Shown piece by piece: positions 7,514 to 15,281 of a stretch of DNA of 24,000 nucleotides (position 1 is its first letter; each line of letters starts with the position of its first letter). The DNA is taken from positions 362,466 to 386,465 of the forward strand of contig NZ_FNIE01000001.1 in the NCBI RefSeq assembly GCF_900103985.1, given 5' to 3'. The position numbers and the translations under genes are program-made. Under the pieces are notes generated by a model that searched no databases, was not told where the DNA came from, and saw only the letters and a program-made list of their open reading frames with translations. This DNA comes from Actinacidiphila guanduensis (lineage in GTDB: Bacteria > Actinomycetota > Actinomycetes > Streptomycetales > Streptomycetaceae).

Positions 7514-8490
7514 GCACCGCAGTCACCAACAGGCCGGCGCGCAGGCGCAGTCCGATCACCAGGGCGGCCGGCCGCCGTTCCCCCGCCCCGCCCGGCCGCC
7601 GCGGCACCACCGGGCCCGGTACGGGCGGCGCCTCGCTGCCGGTGCGCGGCCTGAAGGGCCTGGTGCTGCTGGTGTGCTGCGCGGTGGTGGTGGTCCCCTT
7701 CGTCGCGGTCATCTCCACCTCGCTGGCGGACAAGGACCAGGTCACGAAGGCCGGCGGGTTCGTGCTGTGGCCCGACCACCCGTCGCTGTACGCCTACCGG
7801 GCGGTGCTGTCGGGCGGGGTGGTGACCCGGGCGCTGCTGGTGTCGGTCGGCATCACCGTGGTGGGCACGGTGCTGGCGCTGGCCTGCACCGCCGCGCTCG
7901 CCTACGCGCTGTCCCGGCCGGGCACCTTCGCGCACAAGCCGCTGCTGCTGACGGTGCTGTTCACCTTGATGTTCAGCCCCGGCATCATCCCGAGCTACCT
8001 GGTGGTCAAGGAGTTCGGGCTGCTGAACTCGTACTGGTCGCTGATCGTGCCGGTGATGGTCAACGGGTTCAACGTCATCGTCATGCGGTCGTTCTTCATG
8101 GACCTGCCGCAGGACATCCTGGACTCCGCCCGCATCGACGGGGCCGGCGAGTTCCGGGTGCTGACCCGGATCGTGCTGCCCCTGTCGAAGGCGGTGCTCG
8201 CCGTGGTCGGCCTGTTCTACGCGGTCGGCTTCTGGAACAGCTTCTTCACCGCGATGCTCTACATCAACGACACCGCGAAGTGGCCGCTGCAGCTGGTGCT
8301 GCGCACCTATGTGGTCAACAACGCGCCGCTGGGCGCGGACAACATCGCGGCCCTGGGCACCACGCCGCCGCCGCAGCAGTCGCTGCAGATGGCGATCCTC
8401 GTCATCAGCCTGGTGCCGATCCTCCTGGTCTACCCCTTCCTGCAGAAGCACTTCTCGAAGGGGGTGATGGTGGGCGCGGTCAAGGGCTGA
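7510..8490 (+). CDS. Sugar ABC transporter permease (LplC-like)
   Basis: GTG 7510 overlaps the upstream stop (GTGA), indicating translational coupling. The N-terminal extension has about 92% GC3. The body contains the EAA-type loop region (DSARIDGAGEFRVLTRIVLPL) and six predicted TM stretches. Confidence 0.9.
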   Translation: MSTAVTNRPARRRSPITRAAGRRSPAPPGRRGTTGPGTGGASLPVRGLKGLVLLVCCAVVVVPFVAVISTSLADKDQVTKAGGFVLWPDHPSLYAYRAVLSGGVVTRALLVSVGITVVGTVLALACTAALAYALSRPGTFAHKPLLLTVLFTLMFSPGIIPSYLVVKEFGLLNSYWSLIVPVMVNGFNVIVMRSFFMDLPQDILDSARIDGAGEFRVLTRIVLPLSKAVLAVVGLFYAVGFWNSFFTAMLYINDTAKWPLQLVLRTYVVNNAPLGADNIAALGTTPPPQQSLQMAILVISLVPILLVYPFLQKHFSKGVMVGAVKG

Positions 8491-8576
8491 GCGCGCCGCA
8501 CCGTCCGCACCACCGCACGAACGCTCCACACGGCAGTCACGCAACGTCTCCTCGGACGAAGGGACATCGATCCGCC

Positions 8577-10256
8577 ATGCCCGAAAACATCCGGCCGGGG
8601 CGCGCCCGCGCCCGTACCGCCGCCGCCGCGCTCGGGGCGGTCGCGGCCCTGACCGGCGCGCTCGCCCTCACCGGCGCACCGGCCGCCTCGGCCGCCACCG
8701 CGCCGGCCACCTACTACGTGGACTGCCAGGCCGCCGGCAGCACCCAGACCGGCAGCCAGGCAGAGCCGTTCACCAGCCTGGCCAAGGCGTCCAGCCACCA
8801 CTTCCTGGCGGGCGAGAGCCTGCTCTTCAAGTACGGCACGGTGTGCGACGGGTCCCTCGACATCCAGGGCTCGGGCACCTCCACCGCGTGGAACACCATC
8901 GGCGCCTACGGCGACTCCTCGCAGCCGCTGCCGGTGATCGACGGCGGCCAGGACATCGACGACATGTCGAACCCGAGCGCGGTGGCCCTGAAGAACGTCT
9001 CCTACTGGAACGTGCGGGACCTCGACATCGTCGGCGGCTACTGGCGCGGCCTGTGGATCGAGGCCGACCAGCCGGGCGTCACCCAGCAGGGCTTCACGCT
9101 CACCGGCCTGAAGGTGCACGACCAGGCCAACCGGCCGCGCGTCACGGTGGATCCGACGACGGGCAAGATCACCGCCTCGGACTGGATCTCCTCCACCGGC
9201 GGCGTCATCGTCGAGCCCTGCCAGGAGACGGCGAAGATCGCCGATGTGACGATCGACGACGTGGACGCCTACAACTCCCACGAGGTCGGCTTCCAGATCG
9301 GCCACGCCGAGAAGGCGGTGTACGACGCGACCAAGCCGGGCGGCTACAACACGCCCGACTGCCACATGGGCCTGACGGGCAGCACCCTGCCGCCCAAGGA
9401 CGGCGTCTCGGACGTGACGATCGAGAACTCCGGCTCGGCGTTCAACGACGCCTCCGGCATCTGGGGTTCGGGGGTCACCGGACTGCACATCTACCAGAAC
9501 GACCTGCACAACAACGGCAACGGGCTGTCCGCCGACGGGCACAACCCCTCGCTGCTCAACGGCGAGGGCGCCTGGTGGTCCAACTCCTACGACGTGCGGG
9601 CGACCTACAACCACTCCTACGCCAACAAGCGCGGCGGCGGTGACGGCGGCGGTATCGACGCCGACACCTACTCCACCAAGAGCCTGATCGACCACAACAC
9701 GATCGAGGGCAACGACGCCTACTGCGTCGCGGTCTTCGGCGGCCGCGACCTGCTCACCTCCGATGTCACGGTCACCAACAACACCTGCACCGACAACGGG
9801 CAGAACCCCAGCTCCCAGTCGCAGGGCGACATCTTCACCTGGACGGCGGGCCGCAACACCACCGACCCGTCGAACATCCAGGACATCACCGTCAACCACA
9901 ACACCATCGACCGCACGCAGCCGGGCCCCTGGCTGATGTCGCAGTCCAGCTACCTGCCGGGCGAGACGTCCTTCTGGGGCAACACGATCACCCACGCCGT
10001 GCCGAGCAAGCTGGTCCACATCGAGCAGTGCGGCACGGACAGCACCTGGGCACAGTGCGGCACCACGCAGCCGGCCCTCAATCTCAACACCTACAAGGTG
10101 ACCGGGACCGGGGCCGTGACCTTCCTCGTCGCGCCGTACGGGTCCACGGGGCCGGGCAGCGACAGCGCGCCGTACACGCCGTTCTCGACCTACCAGGCCA
10201 AGACCGGGCAGGACCCGCAGTCCACCTGCACGTCGGCGTCCAGCACCACCTGCTGA
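8577..10256 (+). CDS. Secreted right-handed parallel beta-helix (PbH1-repeat) protein, probable polysaccharide lyase/hydrolase of unassigned family
   Basis: The signal peptide MPENIRPGRARARTAAAALGAVAALTGALALTGAPAASA/AT is followed by successive Asn/Gly-rich coil motifs: VTIENSG, LHIYQNDLHNNGNG, NHSYANKRGGGDGGGIDAD, IDHNTIEGND, VTVTNNTCTDNG, ITVNHNTIDRT, FWGNTITHA. The 86-nt gap to the permease has no hairpin, so the genes are probably co-transcribed. Confidence 0.8.
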   Translation: MPENIRPGRARARTAAAALGAVAALTGALALTGAPAASAATAPATYYVDCQAAGSTQTGSQAEPFTSLAKASSHHFLAGESLLFKYGTVCDGSLDIQGSGTSTAWNTIGAYGDSSQPLPVIDGGQDIDDMSNPSAVALKNVSYWNVRDLDIVGGYWRGLWIEADQPGVTQQGFTLTGLKVHDQANRPRVTVDPTTGKITASDWISSTGGVIVEPCQETAKIADVTIDDVDAYNSHEVGFQIGHAEKAVYDATKPGGYNTPDCHMGLTGSTLPPKDGVSDVTIENSGSAFNDASGIWGSGVTGLHIYQNDLHNNGNGLSADGHNPSLLNGEGAWWSNSYDVRATYNHSYANKRGGGDGGGIDADTYSTKSLIDHNTIEGNDAYCVAVFGGRDLLTSDVTVTNNTCTDNGQNPSSQSQGDIFTWTAGRNTTDPSNIQDITVNHNTIDRTQPGPWLMSQSSYLPGETSFWGNTITHAVPSKLVHIEQCGTDSTWAQCGTTQPALNLNTYKVTGTGAVTFLVAPYGSTGPGSDSAPYTPFSTYQAKTGQDPQSTCTSASSTTC

Positions 10257-10328
10257 ATCCCGCCGAGACCCGTCCGCCCCGCGCGCCGGCCCCGCCCTGA
10301 CACGCGGCCGGCGCCGGGCGGGCCGACC

Positions 10329-10364
10329 GAGCGGGGCCGGGAGGTGCCTCCCCCGGCCCCGCTC
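10329..10364 (+). terminator. Stem-loop terminator candidate after the beta-helix gene
   Basis: gagcggggccgggagg-tg-cctcccccggccccgctc forms a ~16-bp GC stem with one bulge, 73 nt after the stop. There is no clean U-tract, which is usual for Streptomyces; ccttttcc follows shortly. Confidence 0.55.
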
Positions 10365-10408
10365 ACCCATGCCCGCCCCGCCTTTTCCGATGTTCCGAGG
10401 ACCCCGCC

Positions 10409-12445
10409 ATGCCCCATCCGGATCGCCCGCGCCCCTTCTGGGGTCGGGTCCCCCGCCCCGCCTACGGGGCCGACTACAACCCCGAGCAGTGGCCGCCGCA
10501 GGTGTGGCGCGAGGACGTGGCGCTGATGCGCGAGGCCGGGGTGAACCTCGTCTCGCTCGGCATCTTCGCCTGGTCCTGGATCGAACCCGAGCCCGGGCGG
10601 CTGGACTTCACCGGCATGGACGAGGTGCTGGGCCTGCTGCACGAGGGCGGCATCGCGGTGGACCTCGCCACGCCGACCGCGGCACCGCCGCTGTGGTTCT
10701 CCCACGCCCACCCCGAGTCGCTGCCGGTCACCGCCGACGGTGTGCGCCTGGCCCCGGGTTCCCGGCAGGCATTCTGCCCCTCCTCGCCCGCCTACCGCGC
10801 GCACGCCAGCCGCATCACCACGGCGCTGGCCGAACGCTACGGCGACCACCCCGCGGTGGTGATGTGGCACGTCAACAACGAGTACGGCAACACCAACGCC
10901 CTCTGCTACTGCGACACTTCGGCCGCCGCCTTCCGCGACTGGCTGCGGCGCGCCCACGGCGACGACCTGGACGCCCTCAACTCCCGCTGGGGCACCGCCT
11001 TCTGGGGCATGCGCTTCAGCGACTGGTCGCAGGTGACGCCGCCGCGCACCAGCACGGGCAGCCTGCCGCCGGGGCTGCTGCTGGACTTCCGGCGGTTCGG
11101 CGACGCCGAGCAGCTGGCCTGCTTCACCGCGGAGCGCGACGCGATCCGGCCGCACTCGCCCGGCCGCCCGATCACCACGAACCTCATGACGGGCACCTTC
11201 GGCCTCGCCGATTACTGGCGGTGGGCGCGGGAGGTCGACATCGTCGCCAACGACCACTACCTGACCGCCGAGGACCCGCACCGCACCGCCGAACTCGCCT
11301 TCGCCGCCGACCTCACCCGGGGCCTGGCCGGCGGCAAGCCCTGGCTGCTGATGGAGCACTCGACCTCGGCGGTGCAGTGGCAGCCGCGCAACCTCGCCAA
11401 GGCGCCGGGTGAGATGACCCGCAACAGCCTGACCCACCTCGCGCGCGGCGCCGACGGCGTGCTGTTCTTCCAGTGGCGCCAGTCGGCCGCGGGCGCCGAG
11501 AAGTGGCACTCGGCGATGGTCCCGCACGGCGGCACCGGCACGCGCATCTGGCGCGAGGCATCGGCGCTGGGCGCGGCCGTGGCCCGGCTCGCCGAGACCG
11601 CCGGCAGCCGCTGCGAGCCCGCGCAGGCGGCGCTGGTGTGGGACTACGACGCCTGGTGGGCGCTGGAGCTGCCGGACCGGCCCAGCCGGGACATGGTCCA
11701 CCGCGAGGAGCTGCGGGCCTGGCACCGGGCGCTGTGGACGGCGGGCCTGGGCTGCGACCTGATCCCCGTACCCGGCGGTGAGCACGCGGCCGAACCTGGA
11801 CCGTACCGGCTGCTGCTGGTGCCCTCGCTCTACACGGCGCCGCCCGGTGCGGCCGAGGCGCTGGCCGCCTTCGCCGAGGCGGGCGGCCATGTCGTGGTGG
11901 GGCCCTTCAGCGGGGTGGCCGACCGCGACGACCGGGTGCCCGCGGGGCCGTACCCGGCTCTGCTCGGCGGACTTTTGGGGCTGCACGTGGACGAGTTCCT
12001 GCCGCTGGCCGCCGGCGAGGAGGTCGCCCTGGACGACGGGTCGGCCGGCCGGGTGTGGGCCGAGCGGGTCGTCCCCGGGCCGGGCACCGAGGTCGAGGCC
12101 CGCTTCACCACCGGCCCGGCCGCGGGCGGACCGGCCGTGCTGCGCCGCCGGCTCGGCCGCGGCAGCGTCCGCTACGCGGCCACCCGCTTCGACGGCGCCT
12201 CGCTCGCCCGGCTGCTCCCCCGCTGGTCCGCCGAGGCGGGCTGCCGGCCCGCCCCGCAGGGCGCGGGCAACGGCGTGGAGGTCACCCGCCGCCGCTCCCC
12301 CGAGGGCTCCTGGCTCTTCGCCGTCAACCACACCGCCGCCCCGGCCGCCCTCGCCGCCACAGGACACGACCTGCTCACCGACCGCCCGGTCCGCGGCACG
12401 CTGCTGCTGCCCCCGGGCGAGGTGGCGGTGCTGCGCGAGGGGTAG
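10409..12445 (+). CDS. Beta-galactosidase, glycoside hydrolase family 42
   Basis: YGADYNPEQWPPQVWREDVALMREAGVNLVSLGIFAWSWIEPEPG, WHVNNEYG (acid/base Glu), a CYC motif (Zn-site Cys) and PWLLMEHSTS (nucleophile Glu). 678 aa. GAGGA lies 7 nt upstream of the ATG. Confidence 0.92.
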   Translation: MPHPDRPRPFWGRVPRPAYGADYNPEQWPPQVWREDVALMREAGVNLVSLGIFAWSWIEPEPGRLDFTGMDEVLGLLHEGGIAVDLATPTAAPPLWFSHAHPESLPVTADGVRLAPGSRQAFCPSSPAYRAHASRITTALAERYGDHPAVVMWHVNNEYGNTNALCYCDTSAAAFRDWLRRAHGDDLDALNSRWGTAFWGMRFSDWSQVTPPRTSTGSLPPGLLLDFRRFGDAEQLACFTAERDAIRPHSPGRPITTNLMTGTFGLADYWRWAREVDIVANDHYLTAEDPHRTAELAFAADLTRGLAGGKPWLLMEHSTSAVQWQPRNLAKAPGEMTRNSLTHLARGADGVLFFQWRQSAAGAEKWHSAMVPHGGTGTRIWREASALGAAVARLAETAGSRCEPAQAALVWDYDAWWALELPDRPSRDMVHREELRAWHRALWTAGLGCDLIPVPGGEHAAEPGPYRLLLVPSLYTAPPGAAEALAAFAEAGGHVVVGPFSGVADRDDRVPAGPYPALLGGLLGLHVDEFLPLAAGEEVALDDGSAGRVWAERVVPGPGTEVEARFTTGPAAGGPAVLRRRLGRGSVRYAATRFDGASLARLLPRWSAEAGCRPAPQGAGNGVEVTRRRSPEGSWLFAVNHTAAPAALAATGHDLLTDRPVRGTLLLPPGEVAVLREG

Positions 12446-12503
12446 CGAGGACGACGTCCGCAAACCGCCGGAAGCGCGCGCGGCCGGGCGGCAGGGTGGG
12501 CGC

Positions 12504-12995
12504 ATGACGACGCAGGCGGCCGCATCGGCCGCGTTCCAGGTGCACGAGTTGCCCGCCGAGCTGCTGGAGCGGGTGCGGGCCGCCGGGGTGGACGACTTCG
12601 GGACGCCCGTGGTGCGGCTGACGGCGGAGGGCGGCAATCCCTTGCGGTGCTGCCTGCGCGACGCCCGGCCCGGTGAGGAGCTGATCCTGTTCGGCCATCG
12701 CCCGCCGCTGCCGGAGAGCCCCTACCGCGAGACCGGTGCCGTCCTCGCGCACGCCCACCGCTGCCCCGGCCCGGCCGTCCCCGGCGGCTACCCGGCCGGC
12801 TGGATCGGCCGCCCGCAGGTGCTGCGCGCCTACGACGCGCGCGGCTGGATCCACGACGCCACCACCGTTCACGACGGCCGCGACCCCGAGCAGGCCATCG
12901 CCCGCGTCCTCGCCGACCCCACGGTCGCCCAGGTGCACAGCCGCAACATCGCCTGGGGCTGCTACATGTTCACCGCCACCCGCGTCACCGGGTAG
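12504..12995 (+). CDS. DUF1203 domain protein (unknown function)
   Basis: 163 aa. The central LRCCLRDARPGEELILFGHRPPLPESPYRETGAVLAHA matches my recollection of the DUF1203 signature (..C.L.DA.PGE...L..Y......SPY...GP.F). It starts 58 nt after GH42 on the same strand. Confidence 0.7.
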   Translation: MTTQAAASAAFQVHELPAELLERVRAAGVDDFGTPVVRLTAEGGNPLRCCLRDARPGEELILFGHRPPLPESPYRETGAVLAHAHRCPGPAVPGGYPAGWIGRPQVLRAYDARGWIHDATTVHDGRDPEQAIARVLADPTVAQVHSRNIAWGCYMFTATRVTG

Positions 12996-13040
12996 CCGCC
13001 GCCAGGGGGCACACCGCCGGCATGCGTCGAGGGGCTCCGC

Positions 13041-13063
13041 TCACCGCGCAGCCCGCGCGGTGA
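13041..13063 (+). terminator. Stem-loop terminator candidate after the DUF1203 gene
   Basis: tcaccgcgc-agccc-gcgcggtga is a perfect 9-bp stem, followed by aaac. Confidence 0.45.
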
Positions 13064-13168
13064 AACAGCCTGAAACGTCCGCGTGACGCTCCTTCGCGGT
13101 GGGGGCGGCCTGGTGCGGGCGCGTGAGGGCGCGCTAGCATGCCCGGATGAAACGGGGAGATGTAACGC

Positions 13169-14188
13169 GTGCCCAGGGCTGACGGCACCCGGGCGACGGT
13201 GCGGGCGATCGCGGCCGAGGCGGGCGTGTCGATCGCGACGGTGTCGCGGGTGATGAACGGGCACGAGCACGTGGCGCCCGACACCCAGGAGCGGGTCCGC
13301 CTGGCGGTGGCCCGGCTGGGCGCCCCGCCGCCCGCCCGCCCGGGGACCGCCGCCGGGGCGATCTACGTGCGCTGCCCGTACGTGCTCACCGACTACTTCG
13401 GGGTGATCGTCTCCTCGATCGCCGAGACGCTGGACCTGCACGGCAGGCGGCTGGTGCTGAGCGCGGGGGACGCCGCCCGCGAGGCCCAGGTGCTCGCCGG
13501 GCTGCCGCGCGACCCCGGGATCGCGGGCGCGGTGCTCATCGTGCCGCCCGAGCCGGAGCGGGAGCTGGAGGCGCTGCGGGCGGCGGACTTCCCGTTCGTG
13601 GTGGTCGATCCGCGTACCCCGCTGCCGCGCGACATCGCGTCGGTGTCGGCGGCGAACCTCACCGGCGCGCGCAGCCTCACCGGGCACCTGGTGGGCCTGG
13701 GCCACCGCAGGATCGGGGTGATCGGCGGCCCGAGCGACTGGCTGGCCAGCCAGCACCGGCTGGCGGGGCACACCGCGGCTCTGGCCGAGGCGGGCGTGCT
13801 GCCCTCGGCGGAGCTGCTGCGCAGCATCGAGCCGACCGCCGAGTGGGGCTACGGCGCCGCGTGCGAGCTGCTGGACCTGCCGCAGCGGCCCACCGCCCTG
13901 GTGGCCTTCAACGACAAGGCGGCGGTGGGCGCGTTGCGCGCGGCCTACGAGCGGGGGCTGCGGGTGCCGCACGACCTGTCGATCACCGGCTTCGACGACA
14001 TCGACCTCAGCCGCAGCACCGTCCCCCAACTCACCACGGTCCGCCAGCCGTTGGAGGAGATGGGCCGCATGGCGGTGTCCCTGCTGGTGCGGCTGCTGGA
14101 CCGGCACACCGTGGACACCCTCCACGTGGAGCTGTCCACCCACCTGGTGCTGCGCGGCTCGACCGGACCGGTGCCGAACACGGCGTGA
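13169..14188 (+). CDS. LacI family transcriptional regulator (second copy)
   Basis: GTG start with GGGGAGA upstream. The HTH is ATVRAIAAEAGVSIATVSRVMNGHEHVAPDTQERVRLAVARLG, followed by a PBP-type sugar-binding core (AFNDKAAVGALRAAYERGLRVPHDLSITGFDD). Confidence 0.9.
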   Translation: MPRADGTRATVRAIAAEAGVSIATVSRVMNGHEHVAPDTQERVRLAVARLGAPPPARPGTAAGAIYVRCPYVLTDYFGVIVSSIAETLDLHGRRLVLSAGDAAREAQVLAGLPRDPGIAGAVLIVPPEPERELEALRAADFPFVVVDPRTPLPRDIASVSAANLTGARSLTGHLVGLGHRRIGVIGGPSDWLASQHRLAGHTAALAEAGVLPSAELLRSIEPTAEWGYGAACELLDLPQRPTALVAFNDKAAVGALRAAYERGLRVPHDLSITGFDDIDLSRSTVPQLTTVRQPLEEMGRMAVSLLVRLLDRHTVDTLHVELSTHLVLRGSTGPVPNTA

Positions 14189-14227
14189 ACGGGGGCGGGT
14201 TCGCGCCGGGGCCGCAACGCCGCACGT

Positions 14228-14794
14228 TCACGCCTGGAGCGTGCGCTCCAGGCGCCGGACCACCCGCGCCGGATTCCCCACCGCGAGCACCCCCGCGGGC
14301 AGGTCCTTGGTGACCACCGACCCGGCGCCGACCACCGTGTCCGGCCCGATCGTCACCCCGGGGCAGACGATGGCGCCGCCGCCGATCCACACGTTGTCGC
14401 CGATCGTCACCGGCAGCGCCCGCTCCCAGCCGGCCCGCCGCCGCTCGGGGTCCAACTCGTGGGTGGGCGTGAGCAGTTGGACGTTCGGGCCGATCTGCAC
14501 GTCGGCGCCGATCGTGATGGGGGCCGCGTCGAGGAAGACCGCGCCGAAGTTGACGAAGGTGCGCGGGCCGATGGTGATGTAGGTGCCGTAGTCGCAGCGG
14601 AAGGGCGCCCTGATGCCGACGCCTTCGCCCACGGAGCCGAGCAACTGCTCCAGCACCGCCCTGCGTTCGGCCTGGTCGGTCGCCCGGTCGTAGGCCCGGC
14701 ACAGTTCCTCGCGGCGGACCGAGTCGGCCGCCAGCTCCTCGTCGTCGGGGATGTACCACTCGCCGGCCAGCATGCGCTGCTTGTTCTCACCCAT
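14228..14794 (-). CDS. Sugar (maltose/galactoside-type) O-acetyltransferase, left-handed beta-helix hexapeptide family
   Basis: MGENKQRMLAGEWYIPDDEEL... is a Maa/LacA-type N-terminus. Hexapeptide repeats follow: IGDNVWIGGGAIVCPGVTIGPDTVVGAGSVVTKDLPAGVLAVGNPARVV. Confidence 0.9.
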   Translation of the reverse strand: MGENKQRMLAGEWYIPDDEELAADSVRREELCRAYDRATDQAERRAVLEQLLGSVGEGVGIRAPFRCDYGTYITIGPRTFVNFGAVFLDAAPITIGADVQIGPNVQLLTPTHELDPERRRAGWERALPVTIGDNVWIGGGAIVCPGVTIGPDTVVGAGSVVTKDLPAGVLAVGNPARVVRRLERTLQA

Positions 14795-14822
14795 CGCACC
14801 AGTGTGCCGCCTTGGACGAGGC

Positions 14823-14852
14823 GGAGGGGCCGCGGGTGACCGCGGCCCCTCC
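14823..14852 (-). terminator. Perfect 13-bp GC stem-loop downstream of the DUF427 gene
   Basis: ggaggggccgcgg-gtga-ccgcggcccctcc lies 18 nt beyond the DUF427 stop on the minus strand. It separates that gene from the acetyltransferase gene. Confidence 0.55.
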
Positions 14853-14869
14853 TGTGCTCCGCGTGCGCG

Positions 14870-15247
14870 TCAGGCCGCGGCCTCGACCGCGATGTCCACG
14901 TGCTGCGGGTAGAAGGCGACGTGGCCGGCGATGGTGCCGACCGCGTCGTAGGGCTCCTCGTAGACCCAGACGGCGTCGGCGATCTCGGTGCCGTCGCCGA
15001 CCAGGCTGTAGTAGGAGGCCTCGCCCTTGTACGGGCAGTACGTGTGGCTGTCGGTGCGGCGCAGCGCCTCGGGTGCCACATCGGCGAGCGGGATGTACTG
15101 GACTGCCGGGTAGTCCGCCTCCTGCAGGGTGAGGGCCGCGGTGGTGTCGGCGATCACCCGCCCGCCCGCGCGCACCACCACCCGCGCGCCGGTGGGCTGC
15201 ACGGTGATGGGGTGGTCGGGTCCCGGCGTCTTTCCGGTGCGTGCCAT
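14870..15247 (-). CDS. DUF427 domain protein
   Basis: 125 aa. ADYPAVQYIPLADV...THTYCPYKGEASYYSL...AVWVYEEPYDAVGTIAGHVAFY is the DUF427 pattern as I recall it. It starts only 34 nt after the upstream GTPase gene, on the same strand. Confidence 0.8.
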   Translation of the reverse strand: MARTGKTPGPDHPITVQPTGARVVVRAGGRVIADTTAALTLQEADYPAVQYIPLADVAPEALRRTDSHTYCPYKGEASYYSLVGDGTEIADAVWVYEEPYDAVGTIAGHVAFYPQHVDIAVEAAA

Positions 15248-15281
15248 GGCATCTCCAGGTGGTAGACCGATCTGTCCAAGA

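Noticed and set aside
5983-8576. 5' extensions of the track ORFs 5983-8490 and 7404-10256
   Set aside because: Only the 3' parts are real (LplC-like permease from GTG 7510; beta-helix protein from ATG 8577). The upstream parts overlap the SBP and permease genes in other frames and read as Arg/Pro/Gly junk.
8430-14143. Minus-strand ORFs 8430-10370 (646 aa), 10190-12637 (815 aa), 12962-14143 (393 aa)
   Set aside because: These are antisense shadows of the beta-helix, GH42, DUF1203 and LacI genes. None has recognisable motifs, and the opposite-strand proteins have clear family signatures.
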